DNA of 64,000 nt, from NCBI GenBank assembly GCA_965649825.1, contig OZ287696.1, forward strand, positions 1,770,081-1,834,080. Reading direction: 5' to 3'. This stretch comes from Penicillus capitatus (taxonomy: Eukaryota; Plantae; Chlorophyta). Below the pieces are notes generated by a model. The model saw nothing but the letters and a program-made list of their open reading frames with translations. It was not told the origin of the DNA and searched no databases. Numbering within the stretch: position 1 is the first letter of the stretch; each line of letters starts with the position of its first letter. Of this stretch, positions 11,060 to 22,745 are shown piece by piece. The position numbers and the translations under genes are program-made.

Positions 11060-11777
11060 AACTCCCCAGCGTTGCCACATAGCCGGTGTTGATCTCCTTT
11101 ATCCTTTCGTGGCCTTGGGATCCGACAGGAATCTGATACCTAAACTCGAAGGGCGTTTGAAAGTCGCGCCGCCGAAGGATCGTGACGTAATCCACAGGCA
11201 CGGTCATTGGTTTGAATTGCAGAGAGAGTTTTGCAATGGCCTCTTCTGCCCATTGCTGCGTCGGCCACTGACCCACAGACAAATGGGGTACGAATGACTC
11301 TACGCCGCGAGAGGGATCCCTGTTCAAATGATGGCATTCCGGAAACGCCTTGACCAGAGCAGCCTGCAGCGCTTCGAGCATCTCAGACTCGGGTTCAAGC
11401 AACACGGTGCACGTGTTGCCGTGGTTAAAGAAGCGAAACTGTTTGAAGGAGATGGAGAACGGAGGGAATTCTGCCAGACACTGATGTATGCGCTCGGCGG
11501 CGTTCTGAAAGTTCTCTCCCGTGTCCTGCCGGAAGGGCTAGAGGAGATTGACGTGGGGCGGCCAGCGGACGAATTGCGTGTCATTGAAACACCGGATTTC
11601 TTGAATGGGGCGATCCCAGAAGGGACGAGGCGGCACGAAACAGAGCGCACTCTTGTAGACCAGCCCGGGAGAAGCCATGCGGACCGCCGACGGTTCGACT
11701 CGGAACAATCGTCTCGTGCAAATATGGACGCGAGGAACGACATGGTGGATTCGACGTCCGAGAAATGACGGTGTCAT
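11060..11777 (-). pseudogene. 2H-phosphoesterase (LigT-like) gene with in-frame TAG; 3' end runs into LINE-B
   Basis: SALCFVPP..W..IQEIR..D..F.RWPPHVNLL*PF and a second motif FVPHLSVGQ. TAG at 11538-11540, with the same frame open on both sides. Start (11777 or 11678) and the 3' junction are approximate. Confidence 0.7.
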
Positions 11778-13161
11778 TTGCAGAGCGGCTTGATGATATC
11801 CCACTGTCTGCTGCCCATCTGCACTCTGACTCCTCCTCACCCTCACTTGAGGTCTGTCAAGGCAAGACGCGTGGACAGGGTCCTGGTCTGTGAGGAGGAT
11901 CGAGGAGAAGGTGCGGCAGGCGACATGCAGGAGTCAGACACATGTGCACCTCCTGACATTCCTCGCGACCTAGGGAGCTGTCCGCGATCAGAGCGACTAT
12001 TTCTCCAGACGATCCCGATAACTGTTGAACGTTCAGGTGGAAGCAAATCCCGTCTCTCATGTGCTCGGCGCCTGCATCGTATGCAAAAGAGTGTCTTCCA
12101 ACCGATCGGGATCAAAGACAGGCAAGAAGCAAGGATGGGGAGGTCGACTCAACAGCGCACGATGTCGGCAACACAATCGCCTGCATTTTGCGTCTTACGA
12201 ACCAAAAGTGGAGGGAAATGCTAGTGTGTGGTCCCCCGTGTAGAATCTAACCGATCAGCCAATCCATCAAACCAAAAGTAGAAACTTTGAATGATCTGTC
12301 ACTCTTTTTCTCACTCACCCATCACACGTGCGTATCAAACAAAATAGCGTGCGAGAAACTGGAGCGAAGATGCTTTGATCATTGCGACATCATAAGAAGA
12401 CATCGTGTAACAGTTCCATGCATGTCGTCGGATCAGCAAAGAAGCCTTCCACGTGTCGCGAATAGAAGAAAAGAGACAGTGCTTCGACGAAGAGGCAGTC
12501 CTCGTGTTCAGATCTCGCCTCCAGTTCCTGAGTCTTTATCCACCTTCTGTCAGTGTCGACTCCATTCGTGTGTCAAGACCGACCTTCAGAGGTGCCACAG
12601 GTTGCCGTAGAAGTACGGTCGCAGCTGTCGCCGAACAATGTCTCGACAGCCGACTTTGCAAAGAATCCGTCCTCTATTGCCCTTCCGTAAACGGCGAGTT
12701 ATCTTCGTACACCTGTGTTTCAGTTAAACTAGCCTCCTCGCGCTTCCAGAACAAAGAGTGTCGCTTCCACTCAGATTTAGATGCTCATTAACTGCAAAGG
12801 AGATGCCATCTGCTACCCTCCGGAAGACGCATCGACATTCTGCTCTCATTCGGCGACAACCGACACATTCTCAGAAGACAATGTCACAGGGAGCGTTCGT
12901 TTCGTACTTGACGACGTTGATGGATCGATGCAGCAAGTCGTCTTTCTCGGGCCGCGCCCCGCGTATTTTAGAACGCATAACGCTAATCGTCCGAAGCATG
13001 TCCGAATATTCTCTTAGCTTATGCTCGCGGACGGATCAACGAGTCAGGCATATTGTTTTCGAACTTTTTAACTGACGTCCAAGTTTTGCCTCCCGCCGAG
13101 CGTGTTGAGAGTTTGTGCATCCATGAGGAGTGCGAGAGTTTCCCTTGGATACCAGGAAATC

Positions 13162-13521
13162 ATGTTTGCGACGATTTGGGGCGCAGCTGGCATACTATTC
13201 GTCGTTTCCCTGGTGACATCGGTTGCGATATTCTCGTTTACGGCGAAAGAAATCTGTCCGACTGACGCCGTGACTGTCTGCTACGCGGATAGCCGCCAAT
13301 GTCCCGGAGAAACGCACTGCTACTGTCCTGCACCCTATTCGAGTTACAATCGAGAAGACAACCTCGAAGACTGGCGCTTTTGTCGCAGCTCAGATTTTCA
13401 TTTACCGTACCCTGCAGAGGTTTGCTACTGGACCACACGAGTCCTGACGTTCATTGGCCTCATTACGCTGTTCATGCTGTTTGTTTATGGCCGGTTTTTG
13501 CAGTTTACATGTAATGTCTGA
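13162..13521 (+). CDS. Putative small membrane protein: two hydrophobic segments flanking a Cys-rich loop (possibly last exon of a longer gene)
   Basis: IWGAAGILFVVSLVTSVAIF..6-Cys loop..VLTFIGLITLFMLFVYG; no family recognised. Confidence 0.35.
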   Translation: MFATIWGAAGILFVVSLVTSVAIFSFTAKEICPTDAVTVCYADSRQCPGETHCYCPAPYSSYNREDNLEDWRFCRSSDFHLPYPAEVCYWTTRVLTFIGLITLFMLFVYGRFLQFTCNV

Positions 13522-13940
13522 AGTGGCGCTGTCGGACAACAAAATAAGAACAACTAGAAGAACTGCTCGAATGGCTCTGCAACGGCAACGATATTGTTTT
13601 TTTGTTTCATTATGTATCGCTCCCCTTTGGTCAATTCATTTGGCGAATATCTTTGTAGTGATGGCTGTAATTATGACGTTCCTAGTACACCCTTTTTACC
13701 CTTCCTGTTCTGGATGCATCATAATCGAGAACTCAACCAGAACAATCTGCATACTGGCCTCAGTTCCCCGCGAAACATAAAATGTGTGTGCTTCAAGAAT
13801 CCAACGATAACGGGAATGATGGGTCTGTTTTTTTTTTGTAAGTCGTTGTCTACTGTACAGATCCGGCAGCAAACGAACCAACGCGTCGTACAAGAGACGA
13901 TCGGCGGCGCCACGCGTTTGGGCATTCCTTGAGCCACAAG

Positions 13941-14488
13941 ATGTCGAAGCCATACGAAAAGGAGGGCTACGAAGAGGCAGCTCCCGTCCAAACACGCCGT
14001 ATTCGTATCACGCTAACGTCGAAGGACGTCAAGAATCTTGAGAAAGGTAGGGGCCTGAAGACCTATTGTTACAAGTCGACCACGTCGTCTGTAAACACCC
14101 AGTGTGCTCGGAGTTGATCGCGGGAGCCAAGAACAAGGACTTGCGCGTCAAGGGACCCGTTCGGATTCCGACCAAGACGTTGCGCATCACCACAAGGAAG
14201 TCTCCCTGCGGAGAGGGCACCAACACATGGGATCGATTCGAAATGAGGTAGATCTGTTGGAACGGACACGTGCCCATTCGAAGCAGAGAGCGGGGAAGCG
14301 ACTGAGAGGCTTTGTTGTCTGCAAGGATCCACAAAAGACTGATCGATCTGCATGCATCCGTGGACGTTGTTAAGCAGATTACATCCATTTCGTAAGCAAC
14401 AGATCTCTGTCGGATGCTTCGTGGACGTTTTGTTGTCTGCAGAATCGAGCCAGGCGTCGAAGTGGAAGTGACGATTGCAGATGTCTGA
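13941..14488 (+). CDS. RPS20: 40S ribosomal protein S20 (uS10), 4 exons
   Basis: [16 protein letters not shown]|[40 protein letters not shown]|IHKRLIDL..|[14 protein letters not shown]; three short GT-AG introns. Confidence 0.97.
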
Positions 14489-14545
14489 GATGAAACGGAC
14501 GGGACAGTCGGAGTTGGTTGATTGTTAGACCCTCTGTAATCTCTC

Positions 14546-15428
14546 TCAGAGATAGCCCAGTTCCCGTAGCTTGTCGAAAGCCAAGTAACACGTCACAGTC
14601 GTCGGAGGGAGTACCTGATCGGATAGTAACGTAACCTTGAGTGTGTCCAAATCCATTCGGCGGATCTAGGCAGGCAGACAGACAGTATATGTATCTCGAT
14701 TTGCTCGATCGACCAGACGCGCCTGGATGTATTCTTCTCGATCGCGTTGTGGAGGGGCGGCAGCGACCTACACGGAGTCTGTCAGTTTTCGGGCAGGAAC
14801 CGCGTGAAATGCACTCTGGGGTCGACGACGAGAAACGGAGTGAACCTGTTGGCACACCATTTGACCTCTGGAATGCCAGGATGATCGGGAGGTATGAGGC
14901 ACACGAATTTTCCCCCTTCCAGACGAGCCTACTGCAAAACATGCGCCGATAGAGGTACAGATCCGTCAGAGGCGTCGGAGGGGGCACCTCTTCCGCGAGC
15001 TCCTGTGCAGCACAGTCTTCCACAGATCGGTGCTTACTCGGATCGTAGCCGCCCGTAGGCAGACAGTACACCATGTCATGCGGCCCCTGAGCATACTCAC
15101 GCAGCAGCGTCACCTGAAGCATCCCACTCTCAAACCATTTATCCTAGCGGCGCAAGCGGATCCGCATTACCTCTCCTCCTTTTCCATTCTCGTCTGGATG
15201 AAAAGGAAAGATCACACAGAAACGTGGATGCCGGCTGGATACGACATCATAGGAGTGAACGGACACCTGGAACACGGACGACATGAATCCTCGTTCTTTG
15301 GAGCTGGAGAGCGTATCAACGGATCCTGTATCCGTGGGAGGGTGTTTCACTCGGCTGTCATAGACGGTCAAGTAACGCCTGTACGCCACTTCCTCGGAAA
15401 GACGGCAAAAACCTTCTTCCTCCGCCAT
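14546..15428 (-). CDS. NUDIX hydrolase, multi-exon
   Basis: VTLLREYAQG..YCLPTGGYDPSKH..DCAAQELAEE nudix box; last exon TTVTCYLAFDKLRELGYL*. Exon limits partly inferred. Confidence 0.8.
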
Positions 15429-16899
15429 GACTGTCTAATACACATCATAAGCATAGGCTGTCTTCCGCTGCGCGTCATAGCATACCGTTTCTCTGGCGTC
15501 TCTCTTTCGACGTGCCAATGGATGTCGAAACGAGAGACGTTGGCCTTTCAGACGCGCAAAAGGGTGAGGTTTTCGGCAATGCCTCAATCTGCTTAACTGC
15601 ACGGAGAAGTCATGCCTCCATATGTGCGATCGCGTGCGGAGCATGAGAAGATGGCGGAGATCCGTTAGATGTCTTCCGGTATTCATCGACGGCGCCATGC
15701 ATCCAGGTCAAGGCATGAAGTCGCTGCTCTACGGCTGCGAAGATGATCAAGTCCACCTGCAGACATGGACGGGCGGCAAAAAACGTCCGCCGTCTTACGC
15801 CGACGTCTATTCGTGGACGCGACGAAGAGTCGCGTTCTGCAGGACTCGTGGCCGGATCGACCGATGTGCCGTTTGCGACGACGGAACAAGATCCCAAGAG
15901 AGTCTTCTCGAGTGCATACGTGAAGAAAGACAGAAAACTGCATGTGCACGAGAAAGTGAAGATCGAGAGCATCCCTATCTCGATGGCGCGAGGATTCTAG
16001 ATCGGGACGTCGCGCGTGTTCGATCCGGAGATCTATTCGACAAACTACGAACGCGGTTTGAGCAACCGCAAAAGCAGCAGCTTGCGCAATTTCGAGGGAA
16101 ACGGCGACATCTTGGCGCATCCTGTCTGCTCGGCTGCCGAAAAGAGCAGCGTCCGAGACAAGGTGCCAGAAAAGGACGCTTGGGAAGCATCGGCCGAGTC
16201 AGATGTGCGTCCTCACGGACAAGAAGAGACGAGTGATCGCGAACTGAGCCCTGCGCCGGAGGTTTTACTGGATGCATCTGAATCTGCAATGTAAAAAACG
16301 CGACAGTTCACGCGGTTGGGCACGGCGAAGTTCTTTTGTAAGAAGAACGGTGCCGATCAAATACATACTTGCTCTTCTCGTGATTTGCGTTCGAACACCG
16401 GTCTCAGATGACATGCAAAGCAGCGGCTTTACGGAAAGCGGGGGAGTTTGTGCCGGAGTCGCTTCGGGAAAGAGAAGTCGGTCGGCATCACGATAGATTT
16501 AGTGCGCTGTCATACACGCAGACGCTTGCGTTTTATCTCGAGAGGTGTTGTCTGTCGAGCAATTCTCTGGCAATGCACCGACGACGGTACAGATGTCGAA
16601 GATTCCAGCCCGGACGTCGGTCCACGATCTGCGCGAAGGACTCTCGCCTTCATCACTCTCCATCCCATTGATAAGCTTTTGTTCTTCTTCGGTCGTCTCC
16701 TAAATGCTAAAACGAATCTCCTGATCGCCTGGATCTCGCGAATAGTGAATGCTCAGCGAACCAATGGCGCCACTCGGCCAGGAAAGAGTTTACATCTCGA
16801 TTGCTGTCCGCGAAATGCTTGACTGTTCTAGCCTAAAACGCTTGTGGCAAAGAGGCTGCTGTGAACTGACTGCGAAGAGACATATATAGATAGGAATGA

Positions 16900-17847
16900 T
16901 GTCTCCGTTTGTGACCATTTTTGTAACTCCTGATCTTCCTCGTACCTCGTTAACGACACTGCCAAACATGGCACCCACGCTTCCGCTCAACATCCAGAGG
17001 CCAAAGGCACGGCCCCTGCATCTGCTGTGTAATAGTCTGCAATAACGCTCGGTGAATTCGGAATGACAAGCGAGAAGCCGAGTCTGTTCATGCCCAGACG
17101 ATGGCTCCCATCATAAATGGGTTTGGAGCCTATTGCGAAATCCCGACAACCACGTTATCGTTGCCCAAATAAGGCAACCCGTCATAATCACGCGGATGCG
17201 ATTTGTCATGCTTCCTAGATGGAATGCGACCTCTTTAAGAACAGCAGCAAGTAGGAGACACTGTCATGGCGATGAAGGGCAGAAGGGGAGTAGTTCAAGA
17301 AACGCCTCGTCATCACAAGAGGCATGATGGTCAGCAGTCATTAATGGTCACGGCAAGTCAAAACCTACTATTGTCACATCAAAACCCTAACCCTATGAGA
17401 GGAAGGTTCACGAAACGTCGAGGTAAGGCGACAAACACTGAATGGGTTACAAACGAGGCAGAGTTTCTACAGGGGACGTGTTTAAGTATCCCGGTGTTGA
17501 TGTGACCCGGAGGGGGATAGCAGTCCAAGGATTACAACAGCGAAGCTAACAGCTGTCCCCTACGACACGAAACCTCAAACATCTTTGTAAGAAACTTTGT
17601 TGCGTTGTCTATTGTCACGTACTTACCCGTATCAACACTCACCCAGCACTCCGCCGACCGAAGACGTTAGTGCCTGAGTAAGGCCGCAAACGGTGATGGC
17701 TCCCATCTCGCTGGGAGAGGCGTGGAAGTCTTTCGAGATGTACTTACACATCGCAGGAAGCAAGGACTCATCGGCCCTTTCGAAGATGCCTGTCAGGTTG
17801 ATGACGAACGCGCTCCTCGTGCGTATTTGCAAAAACGTCAGAGCCAT
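16900..17847 (-). pseudogene. MFS transporter pseudogene (frameshifted, solo LTR in intron 1)
   Basis: INLTGIFERADESLLPAM, NRIRVIMTGCLIWATIT, LGFSLVIPN..VIADYY and RGRAFGLWMLSGSVGAMFG lie in different frames. May extend further toward 16300. Confidence 0.75.
17262..17634. mobile_element. Putative solo LTR (373 bp)
   Basis: TG...CA ends; ACAC at 17258-17261 and 17635-17638. Removing it shrinks the MFS intron (17215-17642) from 428 to 51 nt, the size typical here. Its first ~70 nt recur at 47567. Confidence 0.7.
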
Positions 17848-18599
17848 GAACGGACTTCAAGAGTAAGTAGGTAGGCAGATATGGAGCATGAGCGTTTGCA
17901 GCCGCGCCTCTGTTTGATGAGAGTCGCCGTACAGATGTGACTCTTTCGGGCGAACGACTATCGGACTTGACACGAACTGTACTGAATTGATAATCAATAA
18001 GTGTCGAACAAACGTGCGAGATTCTTCGAATGGTCGCAATGCGTGTTTGGTTGGTCGCGGTGAGCAGATTGAGCTGCTTCTCTTTCGTCCCTGCGACGCG
18101 TGAGAAACGTAGAAACACAGTCGGCATTCAGTCGGAGTGTTTCGGTTCAACCACCAACTGTAGCGAGACTGTCTAAGGAGTGAACTAACAAACGTCGAAG
18201 CTCCGAGGATCGTCGGATCCCTCCAAACTCTCCTGCCACATCGGAGATGACGCACATTCTCTTTGTCATATCGAACAAAACCAGTGCTGTCAACTGCTCA
18301 ACGTGGATCCACAAGTGATCGATCAATAAAGAAACTTCCCGGCAATACAAATCTTGATCGACACAGTCGGTACAGAATCAGACGAACGGATGCGGGAGGT
18401 GAGTCTTTAGACCGCACTGGCACAACCATTACCACCGTTGCAGATCCAATAACCACCAAGTCGCCGTTGAGCCATCGAGAGCGACTGTTGGATGACTTTC
18501 TCGCGGCATCCTCATACCCGTGGCGATGTTTATGAAACATAACCAGAAGTTCGCATCTGTGAGGACGGAAAGATGGACCACCCCGAACCACATAGTGTC

Positions 18600-19650
18600 T
18601 AAAGACGCATTCTTTCGCGAGTATCTCGTGTTGTTGCGCTGCGTTCTGGAGCGTTTTGCGCCGCTGTGCGCGTTGTTCTTGGCGGCGTTTTCTCGCGTTG
18701 TTGCGAAGATTCCTGACACGAAGACGCTAGCCAAAGCCTTCCGTGGCATCAAACAAGCCTGCAACAAAGTGGACAGGGACCTCCAACTGCACCGTCTAAA
18801 TACCCTGCAAACCCTTAGTCGAGTTGTTAAGCTCATTTCCTCCTTTCTGCAGGCACCGAGCTTATCTATAGTAATCCGATAACACAAGCACACACACGAT
18901 GTTCGGATGGATGTCCCCACAAGGAAGCTGTTCACCTTAATCCCTGTTTCTCGCTGTATCGACACGGCGACCGGAACTTGTGTGAAGATCATTCAGAAAC
19001 TGTTTATTATACGCGGACGATCGCAAACTCAATCGAAGGCTGGACCGAAGAAATGAATTAAAACCAGAGTCGTATAGGGCACTTGTGAGAGTAGAGAAAT
19101 AGGCACCCAGATGGAGATAACCCTCAATTCGTCTAAGACTTCTGCGATGCGTTTCGGAAGTCCGAGGAAAGTCCATTTAATGACACTGCACTTTTTGGGA
19201 CGACTTTCTGAACAACAGACCATTCGTTGTTTAAGCCCTCAATGTTACAAGAAACTCATCTCGACAACATTGCAAGACAAAAAATCTGCATCAGGAGATT
19301 AACTCAGATTAAACGAATCGGCTCCGAGAGCTGGGCTCGTTTCTCGTCGCCACCAGGCAGATCGTTTGTCGAGCAATGATGAAAGCCTTAATACACGGAC
19401 ACGCGACGTGGAATGCGATTCGAAGACATACAAACGAGAAGATGAAACCTGTTATACAGATGTATCAGGAAGAAAGTCTACTTATTACTGAACGGCCTCG
19501 TCCAACGTCCAACGTCTCATTTCTAGTCCCGGCGGGCCTAGATCCCTTAGAACTAAACATGCGAACCTGGCAACATGAAGGACCACTTACGTCCCGCTAC
19601 CTACTTGAGCTTTCCACAGCTCCTAGAACATCTCGCTACTCCTCTTCGCT
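18600..19650 (+). mobile_element. LINE-D: highly degenerate LINE RT remnant
   Basis: LAKAFRGI, KLISSFLQ, PQGS..P, LLYADD (~19005-19022) and EITLNSSKTSAMRF in RT order, with frameshifts. Confidence 0.72.
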
Positions 19651-19942
19651 CTCAGCAAAGACTCGACTTTGACAAATCGTTTATGTACGGCGCCGACGGA
19701 TGGACCGTTCTGCTGAAGCGTTCGATGGCTTCATAACACTGGCGTCACATCAACATGGGGGTGACTGTGTATACACACACAGCACCATCCACATTCTGTT
19801 TTTGTTTCCTTGCGAGGCACCTTTGCTGCCATCACTGTTCGCGTCTCTTTGTCGTCAGGGGAGTGCGCGAGACAAGGCTGAACACGAACGGGAAACTCCG
19901 GACTCTCGGCGGACTACAACCTGAGTCGCAGAATTCCTTCTG

Positions 19943-21255
19943 ATGGAAATCGCGGCATGGCGCTCTTTTATGGAGGGCCTCATGTCAAAGGTCGCAGAAC
20001 TCAATCTAGACTTCTCGACACGCTTCTATATTTTTGTCGCTGGGCACTTTGTCCTGTACTACTGGATGCGCTATGTGGTGGCACCGGCACGTCCTGGTTG
20101 GCCGCGTGGCATGCGAGCCATGATTCTGACTCCATTCCTGACGGTCATGTGCGTCTTGTTCGACGCACAGAAGAATGAGGAAGCCACAGCAGCAGTGTAC
20201 AGCATTCTTGGGTTTCTCTGCATGACACCGGCAAAGATCATCTCATTTTGCATGAATCGGGGCCCGATCGTCAAGGCATACGACAGCAAGAGCACACTCG
20301 CTTTCGTTCTCAGTCTCCTCTTCCCGGTCTCGGTCGCCTTCGATGAAAAGAAGGCGGCAGACGAGAACGAGGAGAAGGCGACTGAACCACATGCCTACAA
20401 AGATGCTCGCTTCTCTGTTCTTCGCTTCGAAAAGACTGAGCGCTGGATGCGAGTGACAACGATGATTTTCCAGACGATCGGGAAAGTACATCAATTTCTC
20501 CTTCCCTTTGCTCCCAACTCATTCATGTCTTCGTCATTAGACCATATTCATGTTGACTTTGAGACACAGTGCACAATACTTTCACGGATCTGGACAGGAT
20601 TTTCTGAGAAATGTGTGCATCGGATGGTTCTGCTACGCATACGGGTCAACAATTGAAGATACGGTCAGTTTGATCTTGCTGCTTACAGCCAATGTGAAGA
20701 TAAACCATAACTTTGACCGTCCATGGCTCTCCCAATCTGTCAGAGAATTCTGGTCTCGTCGCTGGAACATCCTTGTCTCTGAGATGCTGAGAGGTCTGAG
20801 TTACGAACCGGTCTGCGAAGGTAAGGTCACACTCGTATCGCCTTGCGTTAGGATTCTGGACAGGTTGCTGGGTGCGCGGATCGAAGTACTTCGGAAGAAG
20901 AAAGCCGTCGGGACTGCGCAAATCCATGGCTCTGATCGCAGCGTTTGCGGCCAGCTGCTTCTTTCACATCGCCCTTCTCATGTTTATATCTCCGTTTCGA
21001 ATCTGCCTCTCGCACGGATTCTTCTTTGTGGCGAATGGCCTCGTCATCGTCCTCGAGGATGTCGCCAAATTCTTCGTGTCGAGGCAGAAAGGGGGACTTG
21101 CGTTATCCAGAAGCATTCCGAAGCTGTTCTGGCAGATCTATGCTGTTTCCACCGTTATTGTGTTGGGTCATTTCTTTTTCTGTCCGGAATTTGTAGAATT
21201 CGGATATGCGGACATCATGATGAACGCAGACCTTTCCTCTTCGCCGCGCAATTAA
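19943..21255 (+). CDS. MBOAT wax-synthase/sterol-acyltransferase-like protein, copy 1 (3 exons)
   Basis: Multi-TM; HNFDRPWLSQSVREFWSRRWN and AFAASCFFH (catalytic His); two short introns. Confidence 0.88.
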
Positions 21256-22745
21256 CTGTATGTTCATCAACTTCTTTAAATCTGTCTTTGTGCTGGGCAA
21301 CACTTGTTCGATGACGTACCTCATTCGATTTCGATGCATTTCAATCCTCCGAACGAGAGGTATTGTAGAGGGGCACCAGATAATGACGGACTGCAAATAA
21401 CCCAGAAGATCCAGCCTGTCTGCTATGGTATATGTAGATCGCATAACTGTCTGTTGCTTTGAAGGGCTTTGCTTAAGGTAACCAGGTTTGCAGACAGTTT
21501 GCCTGAATCGGCTTGACATGTACTACCAGCTTTTCGTAAAGAGCTGAGAGAAGAGATGGATCGTGCCTAAGGCCATCTCAAGTTCAATGGTCCGAAGAGA
21601 TCGTTGTTCTCTAATGTCCTCCATCGAACCATCCATTGGACGTGAGTAGATCTCGAGCAAACAAACTCTTCTTTGCATGGCAGTGCCACAATCAGACTGC
21701 AACAGCAGCAGTGGTGTGCCAAGGATCCTTCCTGCATTCAATTCGGGATCGGATCGAGATGGGAGATGGCATTGTTGAAAGTGTTAAACCGGCCAGAAAT
21801 GACGAACCAGAAGATACTTTGCTCACCTGCTTTTAGGTTCCGCCGTGTCGGGAACAAAGGGAATGCCGATAAAAGGTGGCACAACTGCAGGCATTTTGCG
21901 ACGCAAGAAACTATCGTGCTAACAAAAAACGCATCCTTGTGGGCGTGTTCGGAATGGACTGGAAAAGGTTGACGGAAAACGATGGAAAGTGCTTCTCGTA
22001 TCAAGTGCAGCTGATCTATACCTGAGCTAGATACACACGCTCGTATAAGCAGCATTCTTTTTTGGACATCGTCGAGGGTCTCAAATTGCCCAGGGCGTTG
22101 AAGACCATCGATATCGACAACCAGGAGGATATAGGTCACGGTCAATACATTCATCCGAAAGATCTCAACAAGCCGACCGATCCAGAAATCCGTTGACCAG
22201 ACAGACAACCACAACGTCAGTTTTCATTTCGACTACACGTGCAATGTTGAAATGCGTTCGGTGTCGCAGTGCTGCTAGAAGGGATGGGGAGACCCTGCTG
22301 TCATCGGCGCGATCACATAAAAGAGATTCTCACCTGTCTTTTCAGTGACGGCCGGCCGAATGTGGAGAAAACGTGCTTTTGCCATATATCGACCCAGAAT
22401 CGACGTCCTACACGCTTACAGTGTCATCTTCAAAGCGATTCCAAACAAGACGACAACATCTCTCACAAGTGAACCCTCAACGACATCAACCGAGTATGTG
22501 ATCTTCTGCAAAGGCAAGAGACCGAGGACAGGTATGGGTATGTTAGCACACGGGGTGGTCGGCAGCTGAGAGATGATGGTTTTGATGCGTCATTGATGTT
22601 CATGTGGCGGTGCATGAAAACAAGATCTCACCGCTGTCACTGTCTTTCGTTTTTAACGCCTTTAAATCTAGTGGTGTTGTTGTTGGACGGCCGCTGTCGT
22701 GCACCGTCCCCTTCCCTCTCTTCTTTATTCTTTACGGACAGTGTC

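Larger units (their letters stand above)
5436..11075 (+). mobile_element. LINE-B: degenerate APE-RT LINE (I-group-like), split by nested insertions; own sequence 5436-7502, 8012-8173, 10664-~11075
   Basis: APE motifs GGDLNGHSPLWG and SWIDVTL; RT WRPISLLCNASKFMEK, QHGFRRNRST, LDISKAFDSV, GVPQGNSLSPTLF. Removing the inserts restores one frame: TFREHLKNKKILCQRRL..WGSSPVVTKRIVDRCILPACLYGAPIFG..LLYRVQILQAIYRSGSILITGA. Multiple stops and frameshifts. Confidence 0.9.

Noticed and set aside
7503-11075. Twin-priming 5' inversion of a single LINE
   Set aside because: The 15-bp TSD around 7503-7996 and the restored LINE-B frame show a separate antisense insertion.
15612-16294. Gene divergent from the NUDIX gene (overlapping 204-, 85- and 92-aa ORFs, one pair split by TAG)
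   Set aside because: Probably genic from its position, but no frame or splice model could be supported and no motif was recognised.
17381-17395. Interstitial telomeric repeat AAAACCCTAACCCTA
   Set aside because: Only about two units, inside a solo LTR; expected by chance.
21523-22214. Second gene within the duplicated MBOAT block
   Set aside because: The homologous DNA at 54270-54500 does not keep a common reading frame, consistent with non-coding or decayed flank.
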